Notes under the pieces: generated by a model
What the model was told of the DNA's origin: nothing
The model's input: only the letters and a program-made list of their open reading frames with translations
Database searches by the model: none
DNA from: Candidatus Competibacteraceae bacterium
Lineage (GTDB): Bacteria > Pseudomonadota > Gammaproteobacteria > Competibacterales > Competibacteraceae
Length of the DNA stretch: 64,000 bases
Direction: 5' to 3'
NCBI GenBank assembly: GCA_036351435.1
Contig: JAZBPA010000065.1
Coordinates: forward strand, 1,186-65,185
In this document: one piece after another, positions 15,167-26,198 of the stretch
Position numbering within the stretch: position 1 is the stretch's first letter
Layout: the number at the start of each line of letters is the position of its first letter
Program-made: the position numbers and the translations under genes

Positions 15167-18100
15167 ATGAGTGATTTAACAGGCAAACAAGGACTGTACG
15201 ATCCGCGTTACGAACACGACGCCTGCGGCATCGGTTTTGTCGCTAATATAAAAAACCGCCAAAGCCATGCGATTGTTCGGCAAGGTCTTCAGATTCTGAA
15301 CAATCTCAACCATCGCGGAGCGGTGGGTGCTGACCCGCTGGCTGGTGACGGGGCTGGCATCCAAATCCAGATTCCCGATAAGTTGTTGCGGGAAGAGTGC
15401 GCAACGCAGGGCATAACTTTACCCGACCTCGGACACTACGCTGTTGGCATGGTGTTTTTGCCGCGAACGCAAGACACGTTAAACAAATGCTATGAAGCAA
15501 TAAACCAGTACATTGAAGCTGAAGGTCAGACCCTGCTCGGCTGGCGTGATGTGCCTACTGACAATACCTGCTTGGGTGAGAGCGTCAAACCCCAAGAACC
15601 GTTGATCCGTCAAGTGCTGATCGGGCGAGGTGACAACTGTCCCGACGGCGACGTGTTCGAACGCAAGTTGTTGGTGATCCGCAAGCAAGCGCATCATTTC
15701 ATTTGGGACCCTGATTTGCCCGGTAAAGAGCACTTCTACATGCCGTCCCTGTCTGCCCGCACTTTGGTGTTCAAGGGCATGGTGTTGGCGAAACACCTGG
15801 ATACCTACTATCGCGATCTACAGGATCCGCGCACAGAGTCGGCACTGGCGCTGGTGCACCAGCGTTTCTCCACTAACACTTTTCCTTCTTGGAAGTTGGC
15901 CCAACCGTTCCGCTACCTCTGCCACAACGGCGAGATCAATACGCTGCGCGGCAATATCAATTGGATGTTAGCGCGCCGTCATACCATGTCTTCTCAGCTA
16001 TTGGATGACGATTTAGAAAAACTCTGGCCGCTGATCGGTGATGGCAGTTCTGACTCGGCGACTTTCGACAATGCCTTGGAACTGTTGGTGGCTGGTGGGT
16101 ATTCGCTGGTCCATGCCATGATGTTAATGATTCCAGAAGCCTGGACCGATAACCCGCTAATGGACGAACAACGCCGGGCTTTTTACGAATACCACGCGGC
16201 ATTGATGGAGCCCTGGGACGGACCAGCGGCAGTGGCGTTTACCGATGGACGGCAAATCGGGGCGACTTTGGATCGGAATGGATTAAGACCTGCGCGTTAT
16301 ATCGTGACCGATGATGATCGGGTCATCATGGCATCGGAAACCGGCGTACTGCCGGTACCGGAAGACCGCATTGTTAAGAAATGGCGGTTGCAGCCGGGTA
16401 AGATGTTTCTGATTGATCTGGAGCAGGGTCGTATCATTGACGATGCGGAAGTAAAAGCACAGCTGGCTTCCGCTCAGCCCTATCAAACATGGCTTAATAA
16501 AACCCAGATTCGCTTGGCGGATCTACCGACCGAGGTCGGTCCCATGCCTCCGGATGCGAAGACTTTATTGGATCGCCAGCAAGCCTTTGGCTATACCCAG
16601 GAAGACATCAAGTTTTTCCTGGTACCGATGGCCCTCACTGGGCAAGACCCGGTCGGCGCGATGGGACGCGACACACCGCAGGCCGTGCTTTCCCAACGGC
16701 CCAAGTTGCTATACGACTATTTTAAGCAGAACTTCGCTCAGGTTACCAATCCACCCATCGACTCCATTCGCGAAGAATTGGTGATGTCGCTGGTCTCCTT
16801 AATCGGCCCGCGCCCCAATTTGTTGGATCTGCACAGTGGCGGTACGCATAAACGACTGGAGGTGAACCAGCCGATTCTCGCCAATGTCGATTTGGAACGT
16901 ATCCGGCACATTGAGAATCATGTCGATCAGGTGTTCCGTACCTTTACCCTGGATATGGTGTGCCCGGCGGAACGCGGCGCAGCCGGCATGGACAACGCGC
17001 TGAGTGCGCTATGTCGGCAGGCGACCGAGGTAGTGCGCCAAGGCTATAACATCTTGATTTTGTCCGATCGGCGGGTCGATGCCGATCACATTCCTATCCC
17101 CTCGCTGTTGGCAACTGCCGCCGTGCATCATCATCTGATCCGGGAAGGCTTGCGTACCTCGGTGGGGTTGGTGGTGGAGACCGGCGAAGCGCGCCAAGTG
17201 CACGATTTTTGTCTATTAGCCGGCTATGGTGCCGAAGCGATTAATCCCTATCTGGCCTTTGACACGCTTTCCGCTTTAGCTCCCACTTTGGCAGAACCTC
17301 TGAGTGAATTCGAGGCTCACCAGCGTTATATCAAGGCTGTTGCCAAGGGCATTCTTAAAGTCATGGCCAAGATGGGCATTTCGACCTATCAGTCTTACTG
17401 TGGCGCACAGATTTTCGATGCGGTGGGGTTATCCACAACCTTTGTAAGCCAGTATTTCACCGGCACCAAAAGTTTAGTGGAAGGGGTTGGATTGCCTGAA
17501 ATCGCTGAAGAGGCCTTGCGTCGCCACCAAGCCGCTTATGGTGACGACCTGCTTTACCGTAACGCCCTGGATGTGGGCGGTGACCTGGCTTGGCGGATTC
17601 GTGGAGAAGAACACGTTTGGACCCCGGAAACCATCTCGGTACTACAGCATGCGGTGCGCAAAGGTGATTACGATCAATACAAAGTTTACTCCCGCCAAGT
17701 GGATGACCAAAGCGAACGGCTCACCACCTTGCGAGGGTTATTTGAGCTCAAAGCCGCTCCTACCCCGCTGCCTTTAGACGAAGTCGAACCGGCTTCCGCA
17801 ATCGTTAAGCGCTTTGCTTCCGGTGCGATGTCTTTTGGCGCGTTATCCTGGGAATCCCATGCTAATTTGGCTATTGCCATGAACCGCATCGGTGGATTTT
17901 CCAACACCGGTGAGGGTGGCGAAGATCCTGAACGTTATGTTCCGCTAGCCAATGGCGACTCCATGCGTTCGTCGATCAAACAGGTGGCCTCGGGTCGGTT
18001 TGGCGTGACAACCGAATATTTAGTCAACGCGGACGGGATACAGATCAAAATGGCGCAAGGCGCCAAACCCGGCGAAGGTGGCCAATTACCCGGCCATAAA

Positions 18101-19807
18101 GTCGATGATTGGATTGCCCGAGTTCGTCATTCCACTCCAGGAGTTGGATTGATTTCCCCGCCACCGCACCATGATATTTACTCGATTGAGGATCTGGCGC
18201 AACTGATTTACGATCTTAAAAGCGTCAATCCGGCTGCCAATATCAGCGTAAAGCTGGTTTCCGAAAGCGGTGTCGGTACCATTGCCGCTGGAGTGTCCAA
18301 AGCCCATGCCGATCAAGTCACCATTTCCGGCGATGACGGCGGCACCGGCGCCAGTCCACTGAGTTCCATTCATCATGCCGGCTGCCCCTGGGAATTGGGC
18401 TTGGCGGAAACTCATCAAACCTTGGTGATGAATCGATTGCGCGGGCGGATTGCCGTACAAGCAGACGGCGGCTTACGCACCGGTCGTGATGTGGTTATTG
18501 CCACATTGCTAGGGGCGGATCAATTCGCCTTCGGTACCGTAGCATTGATCGCCGAGGGCTGTTTGATGATGCGCAAATGCCACCTCAATACCTGCCCGGT
18601 GGGCATTGCCACCCAAGATCCTGAACTGCGCAAACTGTTTCCTGGAGAGCCGGAGCATGTCATTAATTACATGCTGTTCGTGGCCGAGGAAGTGCGCGAA
18701 CTGATGGCTAAGCTCGGATTCCGGACCATCAATGACATGATCGGCCGTACCGATCGCCTAGATATGCGCCGCGCCGTCCATCATTGGAAGGCCCGTGGCT
18801 TGGATTTCAGCCGCGTTTTACACCACGCCGAAGCCCCGCCTGGGGTCGCCGTTTACCATAGCGAGCAACAGGATCACGGTTTGGAAAGTGCGTTGGATCA
18901 TCAGTTGATTGAGGAGGCTCGACCGGCATTGGAACGCGGCACACCGGTGTTGATCGAAGCGGCTGTGCAGAATACCAACCGAACTGTCGGCGCGATGCTC
19001 TCAGGCCAGGTAGCTAAACGTTACGGTCATAAAGGGCTGCCGGATGACACCATCTATATCAAACTCAACGGGACAGCGGGACAGAGCTTCGGTGCATTCC
19101 TAGCGCATGGAGTCACCCTTGAGCTTGCCGGCGAAACCAACGACTACACCGGCAAGGGTCTGGCGGGTGGGCGACTGATTGTTGCGCCACCGGCGGAAGC
19201 CCGTTATGAGCCGCATGACAATATCATTATCGGCAATACCGTGTTGTATGGAGCGACCGGTGGCGAATGTTATTTCCGAGGGGTGGCCGGTGAACGGTTT
19301 GCCGTACGTAATTCGGGTGCCACTGCGGTGGTCGAAGGCGTAGGCGATCACGGTTGCGAGTATATGACCGGCGGAGTGGTGGTAGTGTTAGGCCAAACAG
19401 GTCGAAACTTCGCCGCTGCCATGAGCGGTGGTGTGGCCTACGTGCTGGATGAAGTCGGTGATTTTGAACGCCGGGTTAATCTGGCCATGGTGGAACTGGA
19501 ACCCATCGCTGCCGAAGATTTGGCGTTGGAACGTACCGAGAATCAAGGCGGTGACCTGCAAACTCATGGTCGGGTCGATGTTATGCGCGATATGACTCGT
19601 TTTGATGCCTTACGCCTGCAGAAATTGGTCGAACAGCATCACCGTTATACCGGCAGTCGCCGAGCTAAAGATATTCTCGACCACTGGCACGATTATCTGC
19701 CCAAGTTCGTCAAGGTCATGCCGGTCGAATACCGTCGAGCTTTGCAGGAGATGGAGGCGCAAGCCAAAGCAGCGCCACCGGAAGTTAGTCTGACAATGGG
19801 AGCATAA
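15167..19807 (+). CDS. gltB: glutamate synthase (NADPH) large subunit
   Basis: 1546 aa. It has the N-terminal amidotransferase Cys (EHDACGIGF), FMN and 3Fe-4S regions, and the C-terminal GXGXG beta-helix domain. Confidence 0.97.
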   Translation: MSDLTGKQGLYDPRYEHDACGIGFVANIKNRQSHAIVRQGLQILNNLNHRGAVGADPLAGDGAGIQIQIPDKLLREECATQGITLPDLGHYAVGMVFLPRTQDTLNKCYEAINQYIEAEGQTLLGWRDVPTDNTCLGESVKPQEPLIRQVLIGRGDNCPDGDVFERKLLVIRKQAHHFIWDPDLPGKEHFYMPSLSARTLVFKGMVLAKHLDTYYRDLQDPRTESALALVHQRFSTNTFPSWKLAQPFRYLCHNGEINTLRGNINWMLARRHTMSSQLLDDDLEKLWPLIGDGSSDSATFDNALELLVAGGYSLVHAMMLMIPEAWTDNPLMDEQRRAFYEYHAALMEPWDGPAAVAFTDGRQIGATLDRNGLRPARYIVTDDDRVIMASETGVLPVPEDRIVKKWRLQPGKMFLIDLEQGRIIDDAEVKAQLASAQPYQTWLNKTQIRLADLPTEVGPMPPDAKTLLDRQQAFGYTQEDIKFFLVPMALTGQDPVGAMGRDTPQAVLSQRPKLLYDYFKQNFAQVTNPPIDSIREELVMSLVSLIGPRPNLLDLHSGGTHKRLEVNQPILANVDLERIRHIENHVDQVFRTFTLDMVCPAERGAAGMDNALSALCRQATEVVRQGYNILILSDRRVDADHIPIPSLLATAAVHHHLIREGLRTSVGLVVETGEARQVHDFCLLAGYGAEAINPYLAFDTLSALAPTLAEPLSEFEAHQRYIKAVAKGILKVMAKMGISTYQSYCGAQIFDAVGLSTTFVSQYFTGTKSLVEGVGLPEIAEEALRRHQAAYGDDLLYRNALDVGGDLAWRIRGEEHVWTPETISVLQHAVRKGDYDQYKVYSRQVDDQSERLTTLRGLFELKAAPTPLPLDEVEPASAIVKRFASGAMSFGALSWESHANLAIAMNRIGGFSNTGEGGEDPERYVPLANGDSMRSSIKQVASGRFGVTTEYLVNADGIQIKMAQGAKPGEGGQLPGHKVDDWIARVRHSTPGVGLISPPPHHDIYSIEDLAQLIYDLKSVNPAANISVKLVSESGVGTIAAGVSKAHADQVTISGDDGGTGASPLSSIHHAGCPWELGLAETHQTLVMNRLRGRIAVQADGGLRTGRDVVIATLLGADQFAFGTVALIAEGCLMMRKCHLNTCPVGIATQDPELRKLFPGEPEHVINYMLFVAEEVRELMAKLGFRTINDMIGRTDRLDMRRAVHHWKARGLDFSRVLHHAEAPPGVAVYHSEQQDHGLESALDHQLIEEARPALERGTPVLIEAAVQNTNRTVGAMLSGQVAKRYGHKGLPDDTIYIKLNGTAGQSFGAFLAHGVTLELAGETNDYTGKGLAGGRLIVAPPAEARYEPHDNIIIGNTVLYGATGGECYFRGVAGERFAVRNSGATAVVEGVGDHGCEYMTGGVVVVLGQTGRNFAAAMSGGVAYVLDEVGDFERRVNLAMVELEPIAAEDLALERTENQGGDLQTHGRVDVMRDMTRFDALRLQKLVEQHHRYTGSRRAKDILDHWHDYLPKFVKVMPVEYRRALQEMEAQAKAAPPEVSLTMGA

Positions 19808-19811
19808 CTGA

Positions 19812-21254
19812 ATGGGCAAACCCACCGGTTTCTTAGAAATTCCCCGCCAGGATCGTAGCTATGCTCCGGTCACCGAGCGGGTCCGACACTTCCAGGAATT
19901 CGTAATCCCGTTGGCGGATGCCGAGGTGCGTCGTCAGGGTGCCCGCTGCATGGACTGCGGCATTCCCTATTGCCACCAAGGTTGTCCGATCAACAACATC
20001 ATCCCGGACTGGAATGATTTGGTGTACCGCGGTAACTGGCGCGAAGCGCTGGACGTTTTGCACTCCACCAATAACTTTCCCGAATTCACCGGTCGAGTTT
20101 GTCCGGCGCCCTGTGAGACGGCATGCACGCTTAACCTCACCGATACCCCAGTTACCATCAAGACGATTGAGTGTGCCATTATCGACAAGGGCTGGGAGAT
20201 GGGCTGGATTACCCCGCAGATCGCCTCCCATCGTACCGGTAAGCGTGTCGCCGTGATCGGTTCCGGTCCTGCGGGATTGTCTTGCGCTCAACAGTTAGCC
20301 CGTGCCGGACACAGCGTGGTGGTTTATGAGAAACATCCGCGGATCGGTGGGTTACTCGCCTATGGGATTCCGGATTTCAAACTCGGTAATCAGTTGATTG
20401 ATCAGCGTGTCGCGCAGATGTTAGCGGAAGGCGTGGAATTCCGACCCAATTGCCATGTCGGCTCCGGCCTGCCGACCGAAAAACTATTGGATGAATTTGA
20501 TGCTCTGGTTTTAGCGGGTGGCGCCGAGCATCCGCGCGACTTAAACCTACCAGGCAGAGATTATTTTGGCATCCATTTCGCGATGGATTATCTGATCCAG
20601 CAAAATCAGCGTGACGAAGGGCGAACCGTTTCCAAGGACGTCGAAATTCTCGCTCACGACAAGGACGTCGTGGTCATCGGCGGCGGTGATACCGGTTCTG
20701 ATTGCGTAGGCACTGCGGTTCGCCAAGGAGCGCGTTCGGTAATCCAATTGGAAATTATGCCCAAGCCCCCTGCACGGGAGAATAAATTGCTTACTTGGCC
20801 ACATTGGCCAATGAAAATGCGCACTTCCACTTCTCATGAAGAAGGTTGCGAGCGGGACTGGGCCGTGGGCACCAAGGCTTTCGAAGGCGAAAATGGCTGG
20901 GTCACCGCAGTACAGGGGATACGTCTGGAATGGCATCAACAGGCGGACGGTCAGTGGGTTACGCAGGAAGTAGTGGGTAGTGAATTCGCTATCAAAGCGG
21001 AACTGGTGCTGTTAGCCATGGGCTTTAGCCATCCGGTTCACGACGGGTTGCTCAGCGATTTAGGCGTCGCGTTAGACCCCGACAAAAATGTCCAGGCTAA
21101 CACCGAAAATTATCAAACCTCGCTCAATCGGGTATTTGCTGCGGGTGATATACGTCGCGGTCAATCTTTAGTCGTGTGGGCTATTCGTGAAGGGCGGCAA
21201 TGCGCACGTGCGGTTGATGAATATCTGATGGGCCAATCAGATTTACCTAATTAG
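19812..21254 (+). CDS. gltD: glutamate synthase small subunit
   Basis: GKPTGFLEI..., the Cys clusters ([18 protein letters not shown]) and the [11 protein letters not shown] Rossmann motif are present. Confidence 0.95.
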   Translation: MGKPTGFLEIPRQDRSYAPVTERVRHFQEFVIPLADAEVRRQGARCMDCGIPYCHQGCPINNIIPDWNDLVYRGNWREALDVLHSTNNFPEFTGRVCPAPCETACTLNLTDTPVTIKTIECAIIDKGWEMGWITPQIASHRTGKRVAVIGSGPAGLSCAQQLARAGHSVVVYEKHPRIGGLLAYGIPDFKLGNQLIDQRVAQMLAEGVEFRPNCHVGSGLPTEKLLDEFDALVLAGGAEHPRDLNLPGRDYFGIHFAMDYLIQQNQRDEGRTVSKDVEILAHDKDVVVIGGGDTGSDCVGTAVRQGARSVIQLEIMPKPPARENKLLTWPHWPMKMRTSTSHEEGCERDWAVGTKAFEGENGWVTAVQGIRLEWHQQADGQWVTQEVVGSEFAIKAELVLLAMGFSHPVHDGLLSDLGVALDPDKNVQANTENYQTSLNRVFAAGDIRRGQSLVVWAIREGRQCARAVDEYLMGQSDLPN

Positions 21255-21274
21255 TGGCATTGCTTTTCATTCTC

Positions 21275-21318
21275 AACAGCGTTGCCGGCACGACGAATGC
21301 CGTGCCGGCAACGCTGTT
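21275..21318. terminator. perfect 18-bp stem / 8-nt loop hairpin between convergent genes (no U-tract)
   Basis: aacagcgttgccggcacg - acgaatgc - cgtgccggcaacgctgtt. It lies 21 nt after the gltD stop and 6 nt from the end of the minus-strand small ORF. Confidence 0.6.
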
Positions 21319-21323
21319 AGAAG

Positions 21324-21527
21324 CTAAACTTCCTCATCTACGTATTCGTCTATTTCCTCTGCTACTTGCCGATAGATGGAGTCCTCGATTGAGCACTCAT
21401 TTTTCACCATCTCATCGGTAATCACAATCTCCTGGCCGTTTTCCAATACTAGGGTGGAAATATATAATTCAGAGCTAACTGTATAAGCAGCTATGTACGT
21501 CGCAGTCAGTTCTTTTGATAATAACAT
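21324..21527 (-). CDS. small acidic hypothetical protein (67 aa)
   Basis: GAAAGGTG lies 3-4 nt upstream of the ATG. The C-terminal half is strongly acidic (EEIDEYVDEEV). The DNA is AT-rich. No family recognised. Confidence 0.4.
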   Translation of the reverse strand: MLLSKELTATYIAAYTVSSELYISTLVLENGQEIVITDEMVKNECSIEDSIYRQVAEEIDEYVDEEV

Positions 21528-21724
21528 GACACCTTTCGCCTTTTGGGTTATCTTAATAAATCAACTGGTTATATGATTTTTTAGGTTTCCGAAGAAGCGG
21601 CGGGCAATAATCCATTGAGCACCATTTCTTGTTGGGGTACCGTTATTATAGAACGGTCTATGACCGCACGTGCTTCCGCCCCCTCGCGATCAAAGGGCAG
21701 GGAAGGCCGTCTAGATAGGACTTT

Positions 21725-22498
21725 ATGATTCATCCAACCGCTATTGTTCATCCCGATGCTCGGCTAGGGAACCATGTCGGCATTGGTGCATACGCCGTCA
21801 TCGAAGCCGGAGTAGTTATTGGGGACGATTGTCATATCGGACACCACGCCGTCATCGAAGGTCCAACCCAACTGGGTCGTAATAACCACATCTCTCCTCA
21901 TGTCTGCATCGGAACAGCCCCGCAAGAACTCAATCCAGGCAAACGAGCTACCCAACTCGTAGTCGGCGACAACAACATCTTTCGGGAATTCGTCGCGATC
22001 CATCGAGGCAGCAGCAAAGCCCAGGGTATTACCCAAATTGGCAACAATAATTTCTTCATGACTTACACTCATGTCGGCCACGACTGCACGGTCGGCGACC
22101 ATGTGATTATGGCCAATGCCGCCGCGCTGGGTGGCCATGTGAGTGTGGACAATCACGTTAATATCGGCGGTTCATGCGCTGTCCATCAATTTACTCGCAT
22201 CGGTGCCTATGCCATGGTTGGGGGAGGCAGCATGGTTACTCTGGATATTCTGCCTTTTATGATGGCGGTCGGTGATCGCGTCAAGCTCCATGGGCTAAAT
22301 CGGGTAGGTTTAAAACGTCATGGCTTTAGTGCGACCACGTTACAACAGTTAAAACGAGCGTATAAGTTATTGTTTCGTTCCAATCTACGTTTAGAAGAAG
22401 CAATCACCGCTATTAATCAATCAGATTTGAGTGAGTGTTCGGAGGTCGCCCAGTTGCTTACTTTTATAGCTGAGTCCAAAAGAGGCATAGCCCGTTGA
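21725..22498 (+). CDS. lpxA: acyl-ACP--UDP-N-acetylglucosamine (or UDP-GlcNAc3N) O/N-acyltransferase
   Basis: It has N-terminal hexapeptide repeats (IHPTAIVHPDARLG...) and the C-terminal GLNRVGLKRHGFS and LKRAYKLLF blocks typical of LpxA. Confidence 0.9.
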   Translation: MIHPTAIVHPDARLGNHVGIGAYAVIEAGVVIGDDCHIGHHAVIEGPTQLGRNNHISPHVCIGTAPQELNPGKRATQLVVGDNNIFREFVAIHRGSSKAQGITQIGNNNFFMTYTHVGHDCTVGDHVIMANAAALGGHVSVDNHVNIGGSCAVHQFTRIGAYAMVGGGSMVTLDILPFMMAVGDRVKLHGLNRVGLKRHGFSATTLQQLKRAYKLLFRSNLRLEEAITAINQSDLSECSEVAQLLTFIAESKRGIAR

Positions 22499-23472
22499 CT
22501 GCGCTCAACTCACAAGAAAAGGTCCGCACCGCTGTAGTCGGTGTAGGCTATTTGGGCACGTTTCACGCAGAGAAATATGCGGCGTTACCGGACGCTGAAC
22601 TGTGCGCCGTAGTGGACACCAATCCCGACCAAGCTGCTGCCGTAGCGCAGCGTTTGGATGTTGCGGCGTTAACTGATTATCGTGCACTTTTGGGTCAGGT
22701 GGATGCCGTCAGCGTGGTGGTGCCCACGCAAAACCATTTCGAAGTCGCCAAATTCTTCCTAGAGCATAAGGTGCATGTACTCGTCGATAAACCGATGACC
22801 ACCACCGTTGTTCAAGCGAAACAACTGATAAATGCGGCTAAACAGAACGGCTGTTTGTTGCAGGTAGGCCACTTGGAGCGGTTTAATCCAGCCTTCACTG
22901 CAACCCGGCCTTTGCTGTATCAACCACGATTTATAGAGTCGCATCGCTTAGCGCCATTCAAGCCACGCGGTACCGATGTCAACGTGGTGCTTGATCTGAT
23001 GATTCACGATATTGATCTAGTGCTGAGCATAGTCAGCGCTCCCCTAAGCCAAATCAGCGCGATCGGTGTACCAGTGTTGACCGCTGGGGCGGATATTGCC
23101 AACGCGCGCCTTGAATTCACCAATGGTTGCGTTGCTAATCTCACTGCCAGCCGGGTCAGTAATAAAAGCGAACGCAAGTTGCGTATTTTCCAACCCAATG
23201 CCTATTTCAGCCTTGATTTGCAGGACAAAAGCATGACTGTGCACCGTAAACAAGGGAACGACGATGAATTGCAGATAACAGTGGAAACCCAGCATTATCC
23301 GCAAGCAGATGCGCTCTACCTGCAATTGCAAGCATTCTTACAGGCCGTGCAACAAGACTCTGCACCTGAAGTCACCGGGGAGGACGGTAAGCAAGCATTA
23401 GCAGCGGCAATGCAAATCACCACTGAAATCAAGCAACAGGCTAACTCGGTAGCGATTACGGGAGCACAATGA
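22495..23472 (+). CDS. Gfo/Idh/MocA-family oxidoreductase, GnnA-like (UDP-GlcNAc 3-dehydrogenase candidate)
   Basis: The Rossmann motif is AVVGVGYLGTFHAEKY. The TTG start overlaps the lpxA stop (TTGA). Its position between lpxA and a DegT aminotransferase matches the gnnA/gnnB arrangement. Confidence 0.7.
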   Translation: MTALNSQEKVRTAVVGVGYLGTFHAEKYAALPDAELCAVVDTNPDQAAAVAQRLDVAALTDYRALLGQVDAVSVVVPTQNHFEVAKFFLEHKVHVLVDKPMTTTVVQAKQLINAAKQNGCLLQVGHLERFNPAFTATRPLLYQPRFIESHRLAPFKPRGTDVNVVLDLMIHDIDLVLSIVSAPLSQISAIGVPVLTAGADIANARLEFTNGCVANLTASRVSNKSERKLRIFQPNAYFSLDLQDKSMTVHRKQGNDDELQITVETQHYPQADALYLQLQAFLQAVQQDSAPEVTGEDGKQALAAAMQITTEIKQQANSVAITGAQ

Positions 23473-24581
23473 ATAACCCGATTCCAATGGTGGATGTGAC
23501 GGCACAGTACGCCCGGCTGAAAGAGGAGTTAGATCAGGCTATCGCGGATGTATTATCCAGCGGGCGGTTTATTCTTGGTCCCCAAGTACACGCTTTCGAG
23601 CAAGAGACTGCAGACTATCTCGGTGTCAAACATGCGGTAGCTGTCGCTTCCGGCACCGATGCACTTCATCTGGCATTGGTCGCCGCAGGTTTAGGACCCG
23701 GCGATGAAGTCATCACCACCCCGTTTACCTTTATCGCAACAGCAGAAGCGATTCGCTACGTGGGTGCGCGGCCGGTATTTGTCGATATTGATCCGCGCAC
23801 CTTCAATATTGATCCGGCGGGTATCGAAGCAGCGCTAACCCCAGTCACTAAAGCGCTTCTGCCGGTACATTTATTCGGTCAGCCAGCGCAACTGGAGACA
23901 CTGACAGCGTTGTGCGAGCAACATCAATTAACCATGATTGAAGATTGTGCTCAGTCCTTTGGGGCTGAACGGCAGGGCCGCAAAACTGGTGGATGGGGGG
24001 ACTTGGGTTGCTTCAGTTTTTTTCCCAGTAAAAATTTAGGGGCCTTCGGTGACGGAGGATTAATCACTACAAATTCACCCCAGCAGGCGGAGCGGCTAAG
24101 AGCGCTGCGTAACCACGGCAGCCGCCAATACGCTCATCATGATGAACTCGGTTTCAACAGTCGCCTGGATGAGTTGCAAGCAGCAATCCTACGCGTCAAG
24201 CTAAAGTTAATTGATGATTTCAACGCTGGTCGCCGCCGTGTCGCAGAATCTTATGAACACCTGTTACAGAATTTGCCGCTTACGCTCCCCTATGAGACTC
24301 CGGCCGGTGAGCATGTTTATCACCAGTACACCGTCTTGTTCGGACCTCACCGCGATGCGGTTCAGGCGGCACTGCAGCAGGCCGGGATTGCCTCGGCAAT
24401 TTATTATCCATTGCCGTTACATCGACAAAAAGTCTTTGCCGAGGACTATGCCCAAGTTTCCTTGCCAGTTGCCGAATCGGTTGCCCGGCAGTGCCTCTCA
24501 TTACCGATCTATCCAGAGCTCAGTGATGCGGACATTGCACGGGTGACTGATATGGTTAGAACAGCTTTGGCTAGCGTTTAG
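23469..24581 (+). CDS. DegT/DnrJ/EryC1/StrS-family PLP aminotransferase, GnnB-like
   Basis: IPMVDVxAQY, ASGTDALHLAL and FSFFPSKNLGAFGDGG (PLP-Lys region) are present. Its start overlaps the upstream gene stop (ATGA). Confidence 0.7.
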   Translation: MNNPIPMVDVTAQYARLKEELDQAIADVLSSGRFILGPQVHAFEQETADYLGVKHAVAVASGTDALHLALVAAGLGPGDEVITTPFTFIATAEAIRYVGARPVFVDIDPRTFNIDPAGIEAALTPVTKALLPVHLFGQPAQLETLTALCEQHQLTMIEDCAQSFGAERQGRKTGGWGDLGCFSFFPSKNLGAFGDGGLITTNSPQQAERLRALRNHGSRQYAHHDELGFNSRLDELQAAILRVKLKLIDDFNAGRRRVAESYEHLLQNLPLTLPYETPAGEHVYHQYTVLFGPHRDAVQAALQQAGIASAIYYPLPLHRQKVFAEDYAQVSLPVAESVARQCLSLPIYPELSDADIARVTDMVRTALASV

Positions 24582-25225
24582 CCTGGTGCCGCGCCCATCC
24601 AGGCCTGCCGTTCCCAGGTAGTGTCGATGTCAGTCTCAACCGTCGGGAGCAACCCACATTTCTTGGCGAAATAGCGGTGGAATGCCAGACAGGACGTTAA
24701 TTCCGGATGAAAAACAGTAACTAATGTCTGTTCGTCTTCCGCAGCAGCGACATAGTCATTAATTCTGATCAGTTCACTGACACCGACACCAACGCGGGTA
24801 ATCTTGGGCGCACGAATGAAGGTCAACGGCACGGGGTCCGGCGAGACCCGCGGCACGTTAGCATGACATTGAAAACTGTCTAATTGGCTACCGAACGCAT
24901 TACGCTGCACGGCAATATCAATAAGTCCGAGATAAGCTGTGTCCCCACTATTTTCCTGCGCCAGCAAAATAGCACCAGCGCAGGTACCCCACAACTTTAA
25001 TCCTCGTTGGTACTCCCGCACGATCACGTCGTGTAAACTGAAAATTTTCAATAACCGAGCCAAGCAAGTGCTCTCACCCCCCGGAATAATGAGACCAGCC
25101 AGATGATTGAAATCGTCGACCTGCTTAACTGCTTTGCCGACAACACCGATACGGCGTAAATGATCGAGGTGTTCCTGTACGCCACCTTGCAGATCTAGAA
25201 CCCCGATGGCAGTCGGCTGCGTCAT
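24578..25225 (-). CDS. pdxT: pyridoxal 5'-phosphate synthase glutaminase subunit
   Basis: IGVLDLQGGVQEHLDHL and the GTCAG active-site Cys region are present. I prefer the ATG at 25225 (7 nt after the pdxS stop) over the extended ORF start at 25303. Confidence 0.9.
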   Translation of the reverse strand: MTQPTAIGVLDLQGGVQEHLDHLRRIGVVGKAVKQVDDFNHLAGLIIPGGESTCLARLLKIFSLHDVIVREYQRGLKLWGTCAGAILLAQENSGDTAYLGLIDIAVQRNAFGSQLDSFQCHANVPRVSPDPVPLTFIRAPKITRVGVGVSELIRINDYVAAAEDEQTLVTVFHPELTSCLAFHRYFAKKCGLLPTVETDIDTTWERQAWMGAAPG

Positions 25226-25232
25226 GCTTTGC

Positions 25233-26114
25233 TCACCACCCGCGTTCCGCAAACAATTCGGCTTTGGGGATCTGGCCGATTTCCAGACTCTGCATCGGTT
25301 CACCTAGGTTCATTGAAGCTTCCAACAGTTTATCTTTATCATTGTAATACGCGGTTGCCATCACAATGGCACGAGCGCGTTCAGCCGGATCAGTCGATTT
25401 AAAAATACCGGAGCCGACGAAGACCCCATCGCATCCCAACTGCATCATAAGCGCCGCATCAGCAGGTGTAGCAATGCCCCCAGCAGCGAAGTTGACCACT
25501 GGCAGGCGTCCGAGCCGTTTGACTTCCAAAGCCAATTCATAGGGGACACCGTGATTTTTAGCGAAGCTGATGACTTCTTCCTGAGGCAAGCCGACTAATT
25601 GACGGATCTCGCGGTTCATGGTGCGCATATGCCGAACGGCTTCGACCACATTGCCGGTGCCGGCTTCCCCTTTGGTGCGGATCATGGCAGCGCCTTCCGC
25701 AACCCGCCGCAATGCCTCGCCCAAATTACGCGCCCCGCAGACAAACGGCACACTGAACGGAGTTTTGTCGATATGACACTCTTCATCAGCCGGGGTAAGC
25801 ACTTCACTTTCGTCAATATAATCAATCGCGAGCGCTTCTAGGATTTGCGCTTCGACAAAATGGCCGATACGGGCCTTGGCCATTACCGGGATGGTGACTG
25901 ATTCTTTGATGCGCTTGACCAAGGCCGGATCCGCCATACGCGCCACACCGCCTTCCTTGCGAATATCAGCCGGTACCCGTTCCAACGCCATTACCGCTAC
26001 TGCACCAGCTTCCTGGGCGATAACGGCTTGTTCTGGATTCACCACATCCATGATCACGCCGCCCTTGAGCATCTGGGCCAATTGCGCGTTGAGTTGATAG
26101 CGATTCTCTGTCAT
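25233..26114 (-). CDS. pdxS: pyridoxal 5'-phosphate synthase lyase subunit
   Basis: [19 protein letters not shown]..., [10 protein letters not shown] and [11 protein letters not shown] are canonical PdxS blocks. Confidence 0.95.
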   Translation of the reverse strand: MTENRYQLNAQLAQMLKGGVIMDVVNPEQAVIAQEAGAVAVMALERVPADIRKEGGVARMADPALVKRIKESVTIPVMAKARIGHFVEAQILEALAIDYIDESEVLTPADEECHIDKTPFSVPFVCGARNLGEALRRVAEGAAMIRTKGEAGTGNVVEAVRHMRTMNREIRQLVGLPQEEVISFAKNHGVPYELALEVKRLGRLPVVNFAAGGIATPADAALMMQLGCDGVFVGSGIFKSTDPAERARAIVMATAYYNDKDKLLEASMNLGEPMQSLEIGQIPKAELFAERGW

Positions 26115-26198
26115 TTAGCTTCTCACTTAAAAAAATACTTAATCAGCAGACTGGGATAAATTGGTCTTGGAGCGTTTAACCCATCATATTCCCATTAT

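Noticed and set aside
15176-19351. Many 60-125-aa ORFs in the track lie antisense or out of frame within gltB (e.g. 15479..15796, 18086..18460, 19100..19351). Similar ones lie within gltD (19833..20291, 20547..20939).
   Set aside because: They are fully embedded in long, strongly conserved CDSs. Their products are Arg/Pro/Gly-rich, typical of shadow frames, and they have no independent start signals.
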